Assembly (NCBI RefSeq): GCF_001465295.1
Contig: NZ_CP011034.1
Span: 990,001 to 1,022,000 of the forward strand
Direction of reading: 5' to 3'
Length of the DNA stretch: 32,000 nucleotides
Source of the DNA: Pseudoalteromonas translucida KMM 520
GTDB taxonomy: Bacteria; Pseudomonadota; Gammaproteobacteria; Enterobacterales; Alteromonadaceae
The translations under genes and the position numbers were made by a program. Each line of letters opens with the position of its first letter. The stretch's first letter is position 1. Of this stretch, positions 17,030-27,987 are shown one piece after another. The notes below the pieces were generated by a model. That model had not been told where the DNA came from. It did no database searches and worked only from the letters and a program-made list of their open reading frames with translations.

Positions 17030-19606
17030 ATGCGTTTAGATAGATTTACCAGTAAATTTCAGTCTGCGCTTTCTGATGCGCAATCTTTAGCCCTTGGCCG
17101 TGATCATCAATTTATTGAGCCGGTACACTTAATGTATGCTTTGTTAAAGCAAAGCGGCTCAAGCGTGCGCGCGTTATTAGCGCAAGCAGGTGTTAGTGCT
17201 GACGAGCTTAATACTAAGCTATCCCAAGAAATAGAAAAACTATTTAAAGTGGAAGGCGTAGGCGGCGATGTGCAGCTATCGAACAACACTATATCCTTGA
17301 TCAACTTATGCGATAAGTATGCGCAAAAGCGTAAAGATAAATATATTTCTAGCGAACTGTTTGTATTAGCAGCCTGCGACGATAAAGGCCCGCTGGGTAA
17401 TATTTTTAAAACCTTAAATATCACCTCCGACAAAATTGAAACGGCCATTAATGCAGTGCGTGGTGGGCAAAAGGTAGATGATCCAAATGCCGAAGAAACA
17501 CGCCAAGCACTTGAAAAATACACCATAGATTTAACCGAACGTGCAGAGCAAGGTAAGCTTGATCCGGTTATAGGTCGAGATGATGAAATTCGCCGAACAA
17601 TTCAAGTTTTACAACGCCGAACTAAAAACAACCCAGTATTAATAGGTGAACCAGGTGTAGGTAAAACCGCGATTGCCGAGGGTTTAGCACAGCGTATTAT
17701 TAATGGTGAAGTACCCGAGGGATTAAAAAACAAGCGGGTACTTTCGCTTGATTTAGGCGCGCTGGTGGCCGGTGCTAAATATCGTGGCGAATTTGAAGAG
17801 CGATTAAAATCAGTATTAAATGAACTGGCTAAAGAAGAAGGCCAAGTGATTTTATTTATTGATGAAATACACACTATTGTAGGCGCAGGTAAAAGTGATG
17901 GCGCAATGGATGCAGGCAATATGCTAAAACCGGCGCTTGCCCGTGGCGAATTACATTGCGTAGGTGCAACCACCCTTGATGAATATCGTAAATACATTGA
18001 AAAAGACGCCGCCCTTGAGCGTCGCTTTCAAAAAGTATTGGTAGAGGAACCTTCGGTTGAGGACACGATTGCTATATTACGTGGCCTAAAAGAGCGTTAC
18101 GAGCTACATCACTCTGTAGAAATTACCGATCCTGCTATCGTTGCTGCTGCGCAATTGTCGCATCGTTATATTAGTGACCGTCAATTACCCGATAAAGCGA
18201 TTGACCTAATAGATGAAGCGGGCTCTTCTATTCGTCTACAAATTGATTCAAAACCAGAGTCGTTAGATAAGTTAGAACGTCGTATTATTCAATTAAAACT
18301 AGAAGATAACGCACTTGCTAAAGAAAAAGACGAAGCAAGTTTAAAGCGCCGTACAGAAATGCAAGAGCTGATCACCGATCTTGAAGGTGAGTACAATGAA
18401 CTTGATGAGATATGGACTGCCGAAAAAGCATCTTTACAAGGCACTCAGGTTATTAAAGCTGAGCTAGAACAAGCACGACTTGATTTAGATGTAGCTCGAA
18501 GAGCCAGCGATTTACAGCGTATGTCGGAGCTACAATACGGCCGCATACCAGAGCTTGAGCGTAAACTTGATTTAGCATCGCAAGCAGAAATGCAAGAAAT
18601 GACTTTGTTAAAAAACCAAGTGGGCGAAGATGAAATAGCCGAAATACTCTCGCGTTGGACCGGTATTCCAGTATCACGGATGCTACAAGGTGAGCGAGAA
18701 AAACTATTGCAGATGGAAGAAAAGCTGCATGAAAAAGTAATTGGACAAGATGAAGCGGTTGTAGCGGTGGCTAATGCGATTCGTCGCTCACGTGCGGGGC
18801 TTGCCGATCCTAACCGCCCAATTGGCTCGTTTTTGTTTTTAGGCCCAACCGGGGTTGGTAAAACAGAACTAACCAAAGCACTCGCCGGATATATGTTCGA
18901 TACCGAAAGTGCCATGGTGCGTATTGATATGTCTGAGTTTATGGAAAAACATTCAGTGGCACGTCTAGTCGGTGCGCCTCCTGGGTATGTTGGCTACGAA
19001 GAGGGCGGGTATTTAACCGAAGCCGTTCGTCGTAAACCTTACTCAGTTATTTTATTGGACGAAATAGAGAAAGCCCACCCAGATGTGTTTAATATTTTGC
19101 TACAGGTTTTAGATGATGGACGTTTAACCGACGGTCAAGGACGCACGGTTGATTTTAAAAATACCGTTATCATCATGACCTCAAACTTAGGCTCAGATAT
19201 AATTCAAGAGCAAGCGGGTAATAACGATTACGTTACTTTGAAAGAAAAAGTGATGAATGTTTTAATCAATGAGTTTAGACCTGAGTTTATTAACCGTATT
19301 GATGAAACCGTTGTTTTCCACCCACTGGCTAACGAGCACATTAAAGAAATTGCTGACATTCAGTTGATTAAATTACGAGAGCGTTTAACGCAAATGGGTT
19401 ATTTACTCGAAATAAGCGACGCTGCTTTAGATCGTATTGCTGCAAGTGGCTTTGATCCGGTTTATGGTGCGCGTCCGTTAAAACGAGCTATTCAACAAAC
19501 GATTGAAAATCCATTAGCACAAAAGTTACTCAATGGTGATTATATGCCAGGCAGTGTTGTTGTAATTGATGCAAATGACGACGGTTTAGTGTTTTCAAGC
19601 CGTTAA
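17030..19606 (+). CDS. clpB: Chaperone disaggregase ClpB (AAA+)
   Basis: 858 aa, near-colinear with E. coli ClpB. It has two Walker A motifs ([16 protein letters not shown]), a long coiled-coil M-domain between the NBDs, and [15 protein letters not shown] at the C-terminus. Confidence 0.97.
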   Translation: MRLDRFTSKFQSALSDAQSLALGRDHQFIEPVHLMYALLKQSGSSVRALLAQAGVSADELNTKLSQEIEKLFKVEGVGGDVQLSNNTISLINLCDKYAQKRKDKYISSELFVLAACDDKGPLGNIFKTLNITSDKIETAINAVRGGQKVDDPNAEETRQALEKYTIDLTERAEQGKLDPVIGRDDEIRRTIQVLQRRTKNNPVLIGEPGVGKTAIAEGLAQRIINGEVPEGLKNKRVLSLDLGALVAGAKYRGEFEERLKSVLNELAKEEGQVILFIDEIHTIVGAGKSDGAMDAGNMLKPALARGELHCVGATTLDEYRKYIEKDAALERRFQKVLVEEPSVEDTIAILRGLKERYELHHSVEITDPAIVAAAQLSHRYISDRQLPDKAIDLIDEAGSSIRLQIDSKPESLDKLERRIIQLKLEDNALAKEKDEASLKRRTEMQELITDLEGEYNELDEIWTAEKASLQGTQVIKAELEQARLDLDVARRASDLQRMSELQYGRIPELERKLDLASQAEMQEMTLLKNQVGEDEIAEILSRWTGIPVSRMLQGEREKLLQMEEKLHEKVIGQDEAVVAVANAIRRSRAGLADPNRPIGSFLFLGPTGVGKTELTKALAGYMFDTESAMVRIDMSEFMEKHSVARLVGAPPGYVGYEEGGYLTEAVRRKPYSVILLDEIEKAHPDVFNILLQVLDDGRLTDGQGRTVDFKNTVIIMTSNLGSDIIQEQAGNNDYVTLKEKVMNVLINEFRPEFINRIDETVVFHPLANEHIKEIADIQLIKLRERLTQMGYLLEISDAALDRIAASGFDPVYGARPLKRAIQQTIENPLAQKLLNGDYMPGSVVVIDANDDGLVFSSR

Positions 19607-19625
19607 GCGTTATAAAGTAAAAACG

Positions 19626-19653
19626 AAAAAGCCGCTAACATAGCGGCTTTTTT
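19626..19653. terminator. Bidirectional rho-independent terminator between convergent clpB and the aer-like gene
   Basis: A5 - GCCGCTA (19631-19637) - ACA - TAGCGGC (19641-19647) - T6. Confidence 0.8.
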
Positions 19654-19667
19654 ATTAGAGTTTATAA

Positions 19668-21215
19668 TTAAATTTTAAAAGTAAGCAGTAAGTCGTTGAT
19701 CTTTCTTGAACCTTCAACTAACTCAGCGGCGCCTCTGGCAACATTAAAGCTTAAGTTTAAATTATCATCACCTAAGTTTTTAATCTGCTCCACATTAGTA
19801 CCTATATCGTGGCTCACTACTTGTTGCTCTTCTGCAGCAGCCGAAATGCCAGTAGCAAGTTGCGCTATTTCGCTAATTTGAGTGAAAATGCTATCAAGCT
19901 CTTGCTGTGTTTGCGTTGTAGTATTTACACAGCTGTCGGCTTGTTGTTTCGTATTTTGCATTATTTTTGACCAGCTAAACAGGGTGTCTTGAATTTCCTT
20001 TATTGAGCTGTGAATTTGCGCAGTGGCATTTTGTGTTCTTGATGAAAGCGCTCTTACTTCATCAGCAACTACAGCAAAACCACGGCCATGTTCCCCTGCT
20101 CTTGCAGCCTCTATTGCAGCATTTAGCGCAAGTAAGTTAGTTTGCTCGGCAATACCTTCTATTTCACTCATTACTTGGCCAATTTTATCGGCTTCTGAAG
20201 CTAGGCTATTAGCCGTTGTTGCTGCTTGCTCTACCTGAACGGCTAAATCAGAAACCATGGCATTATTATCGGCAATGTGTACTTTTATATCGGAGCAACT
20301 TTGATAAGTAACACTTACTTTATCGGCAGTGGTGCAGGTGTTACTTGATATTTCACCTATAGTCGAGCTCATTTGCGCCATTGCAGATGCTATTTGCTCA
20401 AGCTGCGAGCCTTGCGATGAAATACCTTGCTCTGTAAGCGTTGATTGTTGATCTAAATTTAAAGCAATATCATTAAAGCTTAAGGTCGAGTCTTTCATAC
20501 GCCCTAGTACAGTGCGTAATTTAGCGTTCAGCATTTGCTCTCTGTAATCACTAATACTGTGAGGGTGTCGGCCACTATATATATAACGAGATATAGAGTC
20601 GGCTTGTTGTTTTTGCTGATTCAATATTCTTGGCGTTGTTATTAGCTCATCATAATTTAAAGCAAGTATAACTAAGCAAACCACTAAGCTAATTAGTGCA
20701 ATAGCAAATGAAGCCCATATAGCAGTTGCAACTAACCAACATAATAAAGCAAATACACTTAGGCTTTGTCTTAAGCTTGTGCGCTCGCGCCAATTAAAGA
20801 ATGATTTTTTAGCATTTACTTTATTGTAAAATAGTTCTGCACGGCGTTTTAGCTCTGGGCTTAATTTGGTTCTTACAGATTGATAACCAATTAATTGGCT
20901 GTGCTCAAAAATAGGGGTTACAAATGCATCAACCCAGTAATAGCGGCCATCTTTACAACGGTTTTTAACTGCGCCGCGCCAAGAGTGGCCTTGCTTTAAT
21001 GTTTCCCACATTTCTTTAAATGCAGCTTTTGGCATGTCAGGGTGGCGCACTATACTATGGTTCTTACCCATAAGTTCTGCTATATCATACCCTGCTATAG
21101 TACAAAACGCTTGATTAGCATAAGTAATCACTCCGCGTAAGTCAGTTGTTGATACCAGCTCTTGCTGTTCTTCGAAGGTCACTTCTTCATTTGTTAAGCT
21201 TTGATTACGACGCAT
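19668..21215 (-). CDS. aer: Aerotaxis-type methyl-accepting chemotaxis protein (N-terminal PAS, membrane hairpin, MCP signalling domain)
   Basis: 515 aa. The N-terminal PAS is highly similar to E. coli Aer ([30 protein letters not shown]). A central hydrophobic hairpin follows ([35 protein letters not shown]). The C-terminal MCP hairpin tip is [35 protein letters not shown]. Confidence 0.85.
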   Translation of the reverse strand: MRRNQSLTNEEVTFEEQQELVSTTDLRGVITYANQAFCTIAGYDIAELMGKNHSIVRHPDMPKAAFKEMWETLKQGHSWRGAVKNRCKDGRYYWVDAFVTPIFEHSQLIGYQSVRTKLSPELKRRAELFYNKVNAKKSFFNWRERTSLRQSLSVFALLCWLVATAIWASFAIALISLVVCLVILALNYDELITTPRILNQQKQQADSISRYIYSGRHPHSISDYREQMLNAKLRTVLGRMKDSTLSFNDIALNLDQQSTLTEQGISSQGSQLEQIASAMAQMSSTIGEISSNTCTTADKVSVTYQSCSDIKVHIADNNAMVSDLAVQVEQAATTANSLASEADKIGQVMSEIEGIAEQTNLLALNAAIEAARAGEHGRGFAVVADEVRALSSRTQNATAQIHSSIKEIQDTLFSWSKIMQNTKQQADSCVNTTTQTQQELDSIFTQISEIAQLATGISAAAEEQQVVSHDIGTNVEQIKNLGDDNLNLSFNVARGAAELVEGSRKINDLLLTFKI

Positions 21216-21609
21216 ATTATTCTTTAATCATCCTTTGTAATACTTATTATTATACTTGCTTATATAAAGCGGTAGTAGGGTAATCCCATTATGAAGGTCA
21301 CTCGGTATATTTATTGCCTATATTTGTGATCTAAATCAAGATTAAAGTTATATAAGCTATATATAACATACCAGTATGGGACTAATACGGCTAATAGTTA
21401 GCTAATTATTTACTTTAGTACAGTTAGCTTTTGTTTTGATAAGATAAATAATAGTGCAAAGCAATTGTATATTTTGTATAGCAATGGCAAGATTATCGTT
21501 TATGGCGTTAAATAAAGCGTGTTTAAAGCAAAGCAGATACAATAGAGCTATAAATAGTATTTTTTCTTAGTATTTATCTTGAGTATAGGTAATTAGACCC
21601 CATAACCTT

Positions 21610-23220
21610 ATGATTAAGCCACTTGGCTCGAGGAAGTATTTTTTGGCAACACATGATCTAACAAACGCGCTTGACGCTCTTTCAGTAACGCAGCATAAAC
21701 ATGCAATTAACGGTATAAAACGTGGTATTGAGCGTGAGTCACTAAGAATTAAAAGTGATGGCGTTATCTCTGCACAAAAACACCCAGAAGGGGTGGGCAG
21801 TGCGCTTACCAATGGCCAAATTACGACCGATTTTTCAGAGTCGTTACTTGAATTTATTACCCCAGTTAGTGAATCGTCTACACAAACGCTACAGCAATTA
21901 AAAGACTTACAAAAGTTTACCCTAGAAAAAATGGGTGACGAATTACTTTGGCCTATTAGTATGCCGTGCTTTATTGAACATCAAGACGACATAGTTATTG
22001 CGCAATTTGGTAGTTCAAATGTGGGGCAAATGAAAACACTTTACCGTGAAGGGCTAAAAAACCGTTACGGCAGTATGATGCAAGCTATTGCTGGTGTGCA
22101 CTTTAATATTTCGTTCCCTGATTCATTGTGGCAGTCATTACATACGCTAAAAAATAGCGAGCTTAGTTTAGAAGATTTTATATCTGATGGTTACTTAGCG
22201 CTTATTCGTAATTTTAAACGTGAATTATGGCTGATCAGTTATTTATTTGGTGCATCTCCTGCGTTATGTAGCTCGTTTTTACAGGGTAGAAAAACCGATT
22301 TACCGTTTAAAAAGCTAGGTAAAGGCACCCTGTATTTAGAAGTAGGCACTGCGCTGCGCTTAGGTAACTTAGGTTACACCAATAGCGCACAATCATCACT
22401 GCGTGTAATGTATAACTCGTTAGATGAATACGTAGCTGGTTTGAAAAAATCAATTAACACACCTTCAGATATTTACGGCAATCTTGACGATTACACCAGC
22501 GAAAACCCAAAACAGTTAAATAAAAACATTCTGCAAATAGAAAACGAATTTTATTCGCCAATTCGCCCTAAACGTAATGCTAAAAATGGTGAAACACCAA
22601 CAGATGCACTACTTAGAGCCGGTATTGAATATGTCGAAATTCGTGCATTGGATGTTAATCCATTTAGTGAAGTGGGCATAGATATAGAGCAGTTTCACTT
22701 TTTAGATGTGTTTTTAACCTACTGTTTATTAAAAGATTCACCAGCAATGGATTGGGAAGAGCAAACGCGCAGCACAGAAAATCTTGATACAGTAGTAAAT
22801 AAAGGACGAGAAAAAGACCTTGAACTTAATTACTTTAATCAGCCGCGTACCCTTCAATCATGGGGTGAAGATATATTTTCGCAATTAAGTGAAGTGGCAA
22901 AATACATGGATAGTGCCTACGGCGTTAGTTACTATTCAAGTACTATTGAGCGCATGGCAACTTGGATTAATAACCCAGGACTTACATATTCTGGGCGTTA
23001 TGTAGCTGAGTTAGAAGCTTCTGGGCTAGATAACGGCCATTATGCGCTAGCAATTGCTGAAAAGTATAAGCAAAGTCATCAAGCTGCAGACTATCAAGTG
23101 TTTTCAAAGCAATGGTTAGAGGAGCAAGTTACACGCTCTAACGACGCTCAGCGTGCTATTGAGCAAAGTGACTCAGTATCATTTACCGCATTTTTAAATG
23201 CTTATTTTGATCCTAAATAA
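21610..23220 (+). CDS. gshA: Glutamate-cysteine ligase
   Basis: 536 aa. GIKRGIERESLRI, TDFSESLLEFITP, MQAIAGVHFN and YVEIRALDVNPF are typical of gammaproteobacterial GshA. The N-terminus is about 8 aa longer than in E. coli, so the exact start is uncertain. Confidence 0.92.
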   Translation: MIKPLGSRKYFLATHDLTNALDALSVTQHKHAINGIKRGIERESLRIKSDGVISAQKHPEGVGSALTNGQITTDFSESLLEFITPVSESSTQTLQQLKDLQKFTLEKMGDELLWPISMPCFIEHQDDIVIAQFGSSNVGQMKTLYREGLKNRYGSMMQAIAGVHFNISFPDSLWQSLHTLKNSELSLEDFISDGYLALIRNFKRELWLISYLFGASPALCSSFLQGRKTDLPFKKLGKGTLYLEVGTALRLGNLGYTNSAQSSLRVMYNSLDEYVAGLKKSINTPSDIYGNLDDYTSENPKQLNKNILQIENEFYSPIRPKRNAKNGETPTDALLRAGIEYVEIRALDVNPFSEVGIDIEQFHFLDVFLTYCLLKDSPAMDWEEQTRSTENLDTVVNKGREKDLELNYFNQPRTLQSWGEDIFSQLSEVAKYMDSAYGVSYYSSTIERMATWINNPGLTYSGRYVAELEASGLDNGHYALAIAEKYKQSHQAADYQVFSKQWLEEQVTRSNDAQRAIEQSDSVSFTAFLNAYFDPK

Positions 23221-23243
23221 ATAGTTAGTTTTAAGCAAAAAAA

Positions 23244-23275
23244 ACGCAGCTCAAGGTAGCTGCGTAATTATTTTA
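23244..23275 (+). terminator. Probable rho-independent terminator after gshA
   Basis: ACGCAGCT (23244-23251) - 6-nt loop - AGCTGCGT (23258-23265), then AATTATTTT. A second 8-bp hairpin (AACAATGC/GCATTGTT, 23283-23307) follows. Confidence 0.5.
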
Positions 23276-23353
23276 GGGAAGAAACAATGCTGCTCTGCTG
23301 CATTGTTAAAATCAGACTACTGATTTTTGCAAAAGTTCAGCGAGATAAACCAA

Positions 23354-23965
23354 ATGAAAAAAAATGTAGTTGTTTTATCATTAGCGCTTAGTTTAGCCGG
23401 TTGCGCCACCGCTCCGCCAAAACAGCCGGATGATATTTGTAAGATTTTTGAAGAAAAAAGAAGTTGGTACTTTGGTGCCAAAGATGCTCAAGAAAAATGG
23501 GGCGCTCCCAAGCACGTACTTATGAGTATGATGTACCAAGAAAGCTCGTTTAAACATGACGCAGCTCCACCAATGCAGTATTTTTTATGGATTATTCCTA
23601 CCGGTAGAGCAAGCTCTGCGTATGGCTACTCACAAGCAAAAACGATGACCTGGTCTGATTATATTCGCGAAAGTAAGAATAGTGGCGCCGATAGAGACGA
23701 CTTTGATGATGCTATCGACTTTATGGGCTGGTTTGCTTATAAAACCCATAAAATAAACGGCGTATCTAAATGGGATGCCTACGGTCAATATCTTAATTAT
23801 CACGAAGGGTGGGGCGGTTACAAGCGCGGTACCTACAAAAAGAAAAAATGGTTAATGGGTGTTGCTAATAAAGTAAAACACCGTGCGAGCCGTTATGGTG
23901 CGCAGTTAAAACGCTGTGAAGCAGATTTAAATAAAGGGTGGTTAGAGCGCTTGTTTTTTGGCTAA
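23354..23965 (+). CDS. Small lipoprotein with lytic-transglycosylase (SLT)-like motifs; function unverified
   Basis: I prefer the ATG at 23354 (MKKNVVVLSLALSLAGC, lipobox LAGC) over the TTG at 23327 used by the ORF track. Motifs resemble SLT family 1: MMYQESSF (catalytic E-S), YGYSQ (GLMQ-like) and YLNYHEGWGGY (AYNxG-like). Confidence 0.55.
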   Translation: MKKNVVVLSLALSLAGCATAPPKQPDDICKIFEEKRSWYFGAKDAQEKWGAPKHVLMSMMYQESSFKHDAAPPMQYFLWIIPTGRASSAYGYSQAKTMTWSDYIRESKNSGADRDDFDDAIDFMGWFAYKTHKINGVSKWDAYGQYLNYHEGWGGYKRGTYKKKKWLMGVANKVKHRASRYGAQLKRCEADLNKGWLERLFFG

Positions 23966-23993
23966 TAATATCTGTTGTATTTATTTAGCCTAC

Positions 23994-24021
23994 AAAAAAG
24001 GAGCCAATTGGCTCCTTTTTT
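23994..24021. terminator. Bidirectional rho-independent terminator between the lipoprotein gene and yfjD
   Basis: A6 - GGAGCC - AATT - GGCTCC - T6 (24000-24015 forms the stem-loop). It is fully symmetric. Confidence 0.8.
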
Positions 24022-24024
24022 AGT

Positions 24025-25293
24025 TTATTTTTTACGTTTTTTCGGCTGTATCTTCACCAGCTTTATCATGTTTTCTTTTACTTCAAGTACTTCAATAGGG
24101 TAGCCGGCAATACGCAAACTTAAATTGGCATCAGGAATGTTTTCTAAATACTCAACTATTAAGCCACTGAGTGTTTTAGGCCCGTCGAGTGGAAACTCCC
24201 AGCCCATTTCTTTATTTAAATCGCGCACGTTAGCACCGCCATCTACAATGCACGAGCCATCGGTTTGTGTGGTTACTTCTTCGCTTGGCGTACGAGTTTG
24301 GGTGGTGGTAAAATCGCCTACCACTTCTTCAAGTATATCCTCTAGGGTAACTAAACCTTGAATATCGCCGTACTCATCGACTACCAAGCCAATACGCTCT
24401 TTAGATTGCTGAAATTTTAATAGCTGTGTATTTAGTGATGTACCTTCAGGAATGAAATAAATTTCACGTACCGCGCGTAGCAACGATGGTTTATCAAATT
24501 GCTCTTTTGTAAGTAATCTAAGCGCATCACGCGAATGAATAAAGCCCACCGCGTCATCTATGTTATCTCTATATAGCAATACACGCGTATGTTGGGCATG
24601 AGTCAGTTGGCGGCTAATAAGTTTCCATTCATCGTTAATATCTATGGCCACAATTTCGTTACGTGGGATCATAATATCTTCAACGGTTACTTGTTCTAAA
24701 TCTAAAATAGAGGTCAACATACTTTGGTGGCGCGCAGGAATAAGTGCACCAGACTCATTAAGCACTGATTTTAGCTCTTCTTTACTCATGCTGTGCTCAT
24801 CTATTTGTGCCGCACTAATACCGAATAACCGCAATATACCGTTGGTTAGCCAGTTAATAACAACGACAAATGGGAAAAGGATTTTTAGCAATCCTTTAAG
24901 CACAATAGAACTTGGGAAAGCAACTTTTTCAGGGTAGAGAGCAGCAAGTGTTTTTGGGGTTATTTCTGCAAAAATAAGTACTACTAAGGTTAACGCACCA
25001 GTTGCTACAGCAATACCTAAATCACCGTACAAACGAATACCAATAATAGTAGCAACTTGTGCAGCGGCAATATTAACTAAGTTATTACCGATTAAAATTA
25101 AACCAATGAGCCTATCCGGACGACTAAGTAATTTACTGACACGTTTAGCAGCGCGATGATTCTCTTTGGTGAGATGTCGCAGGCGTATACGATTGATTGA
25201 CATAATTCCGGTTTCTGAGCCAGAAAAATAAGCAGAAAAAAGTACCAAAAAACCTAAAATGATAAACAAGGTACTGGTCGATATGGCGTCCAA
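24025..25293 (-). CDS. yfjD: CNNM/CorB-type transporter (DUF21 - CBS pair - CorC_HlyC), YfjD orthologue
   Basis: 422 aa, colinear by eye with E. coli YfjD (ISAYFSGSETG..S.NR.RLRH......R.AKRV..LL..PDRLI...LIGNNLVNI...; VGLVV.EYGDIQGLVT.EDILEE.VGDFTT). It uses a TTG start with an AAGGA SD about 8 nt upstream. The yfjD-ypjD/ffh arrangement matches E. coli. Confidence 0.88.
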   Translation of the reverse strand: MDAISTSTLFIILGFLVLFSAYFSGSETGIMSINRIRLRHLTKENHRAAKRVSKLLSRPDRLIGLILIGNNLVNIAAAQVATIIGIRLYGDLGIAVATGALTLVVLIFAEITPKTLAALYPEKVAFPSSIVLKGLLKILFPFVVVINWLTNGILRLFGISAAQIDEHSMSKEELKSVLNESGALIPARHQSMLTSILDLEQVTVEDIMIPRNEIVAIDINDEWKLISRQLTHAQHTRVLLYRDNIDDAVGFIHSRDALRLLTKEQFDKPSLLRAVREIYFIPEGTSLNTQLLKFQQSKERIGLVVDEYGDIQGLVTLEDILEEVVGDFTTTQTRTPSEEVTTQTDGSCIVDGGANVRDLNKEMGWEFPLDGPKTLSGLIVEYLENIPDANLSLRIAGYPIEVLEVKENMIKLVKIQPKKRKK

Positions 25294-25354
25294 CGATGGA
25301 TCCTTTTATTATAAACTAGCGTGTATTAGGCTAGAGTGAGTTAGTAGAGTCAAG

Positions 25355-26161
25355 TTAAAATTTATTTAGAATAACTTCTTGTATAAAACGACTGCCAAAA
25401 TAAGCCAGTGTAAGAATAAAAGCAGCAACCATAATAGCAATAACCACAGGTTTACCACGCCAGCCTTTTTTCATATGGCCAAGCGCGATCACAGCAAAAA
25501 TACACCATGCAACAAGCGATAATGTCGTTTTATGGATAAATTGAGCGGCGAACATACCATCGAGAAACACAAATCCCGACAATAGTGCCAAAGTGAGTAA
25601 TACAGTACCTAAATTAACTAACTGATACAGTTGGCGTTCAACCACCATTAGTGGTGGTAAATGGCTGTGTACAATAGCTAAGTCTTTGCGCTTTAAGCGC
25701 TTATCAATAAAGTAAAATTGTACGCCATATAAAGTAGCAATAATTAAAATACAGTAAGCGAGTAATGATAACGAAATATGGGTTACTAAGCCCACGTCAA
25801 CATCAATACTTTGCAGTAAAACATGGTGTGGTATAAACAAGCTTGCCATAGTTAATAGTGCAGCAAAGCCGTACACGACCGGCAATAATAAGGTCGCCGG
25901 AAACTTTAACGATACCGTAGTGACAGAAATCACAATAACCCAACAGGTTAAAAGCGCCACATTGACAATACTTAAATCTTGCCCGTCAGCTCTAAAAACC
26001 GAATTTACTAACAACAGCATGTGCGCCAAAATAGCCACAGTACTCAATATAATAGTTAGCTTTTGGCTAGGGCCTTGTTGATGAAACAACCGTGAGAGCA
26101 CGTAAGACGTTGCTAACACATAAAATAAACTGGCAATAATAGTTAAGCTAATAATCAGCAT
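25355..26161 (-). CDS. ypjD: Inner-membrane protein YpjD (cytochrome c assembly/CcsA-like family)
   Basis: 268 aa polytopic membrane protein similar to E. coli YpjD (LPPLM..ER......Q.G..LLTL.L..G......; GWRG......A..ILTLAYFGSR). It is divergent from ffh, as in E. coli. Confidence 0.85.
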   Translation of the reverse strand: MLIISLTIIASLFYVLATSYVLSRLFHQQGPSQKLTIILSTVAILAHMLLLVNSVFRADGQDLSIVNVALLTCWVIVISVTTVSLKFPATLLLPVVYGFAALLTMASLFIPHHVLLQSIDVDVGLVTHISLSLLAYCILIIATLYGVQFYFIDKRLKRKDLAIVHSHLPPLMVVERQLYQLVNLGTVLLTLALLSGFVFLDGMFAAQFIHKTTLSLVAWCIFAVIALGHMKKGWRGKPVVIAIMVAAFILTLAYFGSRFIQEVILNKF

Positions 26162-26413
26162 TGTGCTTGGGCCACTTAATTTGAGTCAAATAATTAATGA
26201 TTGTTATATAGCCATTGTATTTTATAGCAAAGCAAATGCATAGACCTTAAAAAAAGAAACTCAACAAGCTGCACTTGAACACTGTATTGTAAGACACCAT
26301 TTACGGTATACTGCTTTTAATTGAAATTTAATAATATTAATTCTATTAATACAGCGCGCAGAGTTAAAGGCGCTTTAATTGGGTTGGTATAAACGTCTTA
26401 TCGGAACCGTAAT

Positions 26414-27793
26414 ATGTTTGAGAATCTCCAAGAACGATTAGGTAAAACCTTAAAAAACATTAGTGGCCGTGGCCGCCTAACAGAAGAGAATATTAAAGAC
26501 ACTCTTCGTGAAGTGCGCATGGCATTTTTAGAAGCCGATGTGGCGTTGCCCGTTGTTCGCGATTTTGTAAAACAAGTTAAAGAACGTGCGGTAGGTGTTG
26601 AAGTTACAAAAAGCTTAAGCCCAGGCCAAGTATTTGTAAAAATAGTACGTGAAGAACTCGAAAAAGCCATGGGTGAAGCCAACGAAGAGCTAAGCCTAAA
26701 TGCACAACCCCCAGCGGTTGTTATGATGGCGGGTCTGCAAGGTGCTGGTAAAACCACCAGTGTTGCTAAACTGGCTAAGTTTTTAAAAGAGCGCAAGAAA
26801 AAATCAGTACTTGTAGTAAGTGCCGACGTATACCGCCCTGCAGCAATTAAGCAACTAGAAACGCTCGCCGCTGAAGTTGGTGTTGATTTTTTCCCAAGTG
26901 ATATTTCGCAAAAGCCGGTTGATATAGCAACCGCAGCTATTTCTCATGCGAAAAAGAAATTTATTGATGTGGTATTAGTCGATACTGCAGGTCGATTGCA
27001 CGTTGATAGCGACATGATGGATGAGATTAAAAACCTTCATAAAGCAATTAACCCAATCGAAACCTTGTTTGTTGTAGATGCAATGACAGGTCAAGATGCG
27101 GCAAATACAGCAAAAGCATTTGATGAAGCACTGCCGCTAACCGGTGTTATATTAACTAAAACTGATGGTGATGCACGCGGTGGTGCTGCTTTATCTATTC
27201 GTCATATTACCGGTAAGCCAATTAAATTTATGGGTGTGGGTGAGCGCATTGATGCACTTGAACCTTTCCACCCTGACCGTATAGCGTCACGAATTTTAGG
27301 CATGGGTGATGTACTTTCATTGATCGAAGAAGTCGAAATGAAAGTAGATAAAGAGCAAGCTGCCAGAGTTGCTGAAAAAGTATTTAAAGGCGCTGGTTTT
27401 ACCCTTGATGACTTTGCGGATCAACTTAAGCAAATGAAAAGCATGGGCGGCATGATGTCGATGCTAGATAAATTGCCAGGCATGTCTAACTTACCTGATG
27501 CCGTTAAAGGCCAAATGGGCGATAAAACCTTTATTCAAATGGAAGCCATCATTAGCTCAATGACAAAAAAAGAGCGCGCCCGCCCAGAAATCATTAAAGG
27601 GTCACGTAAAAAACGCATTGCAGCAGGTTCTGGTACGCAAGTACAAGAAATTAATAAACTGCTAAAACAGTTTACCCAAATGCAAAAAATGATGAAAAAA
27701 ATGAAAGGCAAAGGCGGCATGACCAAAATGATGCGCGGCATGAAAGGTATGTTACCGCCGGGCATGATGGGTGGCGGTGGCCCTAAATTTTAA
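26414..27793 (+). CDS. ffh: Signal recognition particle protein Ffh
   Basis: 459 aa. The N-terminus is MFENLQERLGKTLKNISGRGRLTEENIKDTLREVRMAFLEADVALPVV. The GTPase motifs are GLQGAGKTT, DTAGR and TKTDGD. The C-terminal M-domain is Met-rich. Confidence 0.97.
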   Translation: MFENLQERLGKTLKNISGRGRLTEENIKDTLREVRMAFLEADVALPVVRDFVKQVKERAVGVEVTKSLSPGQVFVKIVREELEKAMGEANEELSLNAQPPAVVMMAGLQGAGKTTSVAKLAKFLKERKKKSVLVVSADVYRPAAIKQLETLAAEVGVDFFPSDISQKPVDIATAAISHAKKKFIDVVLVDTAGRLHVDSDMMDEIKNLHKAINPIETLFVVDAMTGQDAANTAKAFDEALPLTGVILTKTDGDARGGAALSIRHITGKPIKFMGVGERIDALEPFHPDRIASRILGMGDVLSLIEEVEMKVDKEQAARVAEKVFKGAGFTLDDFADQLKQMKSMGGMMSMLDKLPGMSNLPDAVKGQMGDKTFIQMEAIISSMTKKERARPEIIKGSRKKRIAAGSGTQVQEINKLLKQFTQMQKMMKKMKGKGGMTKMMRGMKGMLPPGMMGGGGPKF

Positions 27794-27837
27794 AGTTGAG
27801 TTTAGCGTTAGCTTAAACGTAACGATATAAAATATAT

Positions 27838-27863
27838 AAAAAGGAGCAAATAGCTCCTTTTTT
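27838..27863 (+). terminator. Rho-independent terminator after ffh
   Basis: A5 - GGAGC - AAATA - GCTCC - T6 (stem 27843-27857, extendable through A/T pairs). Confidence 0.7.
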
Positions 27864-27959
27864 GTTGAATAAATTATGCGTGCTAAACGCTATTAACGCT
27901 AATTTAAAGTTGGGATCACGCTTTAACCTACTAATCTGGCTTTTAGCATCACTTCTTAC

Positions 27960-27987
27960 TTGCATTGTTGCTAAAAACTCGTACAAT
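27960..27987 (+). promoter_or_regulatory. Putative sigma-70 promoter of the rpsP-rimM-trmD-rplS operon
   Basis: TTGCAT (27960-27965) - 16 nt - TACAAT (27982-27987), about 68 nt upstream of the rpsP ATG. It is followed by a 7-bp leader hairpin at 27995-28011. Confidence 0.5.

Noticed and set aside
17455-17480. Internal alternative start in clpB producing the short ClpB-80 isoform, as in E. coli (GTG near codon 149)
   Set aside because: The residue equivalent to the E. coli internal Val start is encoded by GTA here (GGQKVDD). The nearby GTG (NAVRGG) has no convincing SD. I cannot support an internal start from sequence alone.
21216-21609. 395-bp AT-rich divergent spacer between aer and gshA, examined for an sRNA (E. 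coli encodes MicA next to gshA) or a leader peptide
   Set aside because: I could not recognise MicA-like sequence or any hairpin plus U-tract terminator. Only trivial short ORFs (12 and 28 codons) without an SD are present. It is most simply two divergent promoters in AT-rich DNA. An Rfam scan would settle it.
23994-27863. Similarity between two terminators (AAAAAAGGAGCC-AATT-GGCTCCTTTTTT at about 24000 and AAAAAGGAGC-AAATA-GCTCCTTTTTT at about 27843) as a possible repeat family
   Set aside because: The shared part is only A-run + GGAGC + T-run, which is generic for short intrinsic terminators. That is too short to argue common origin.
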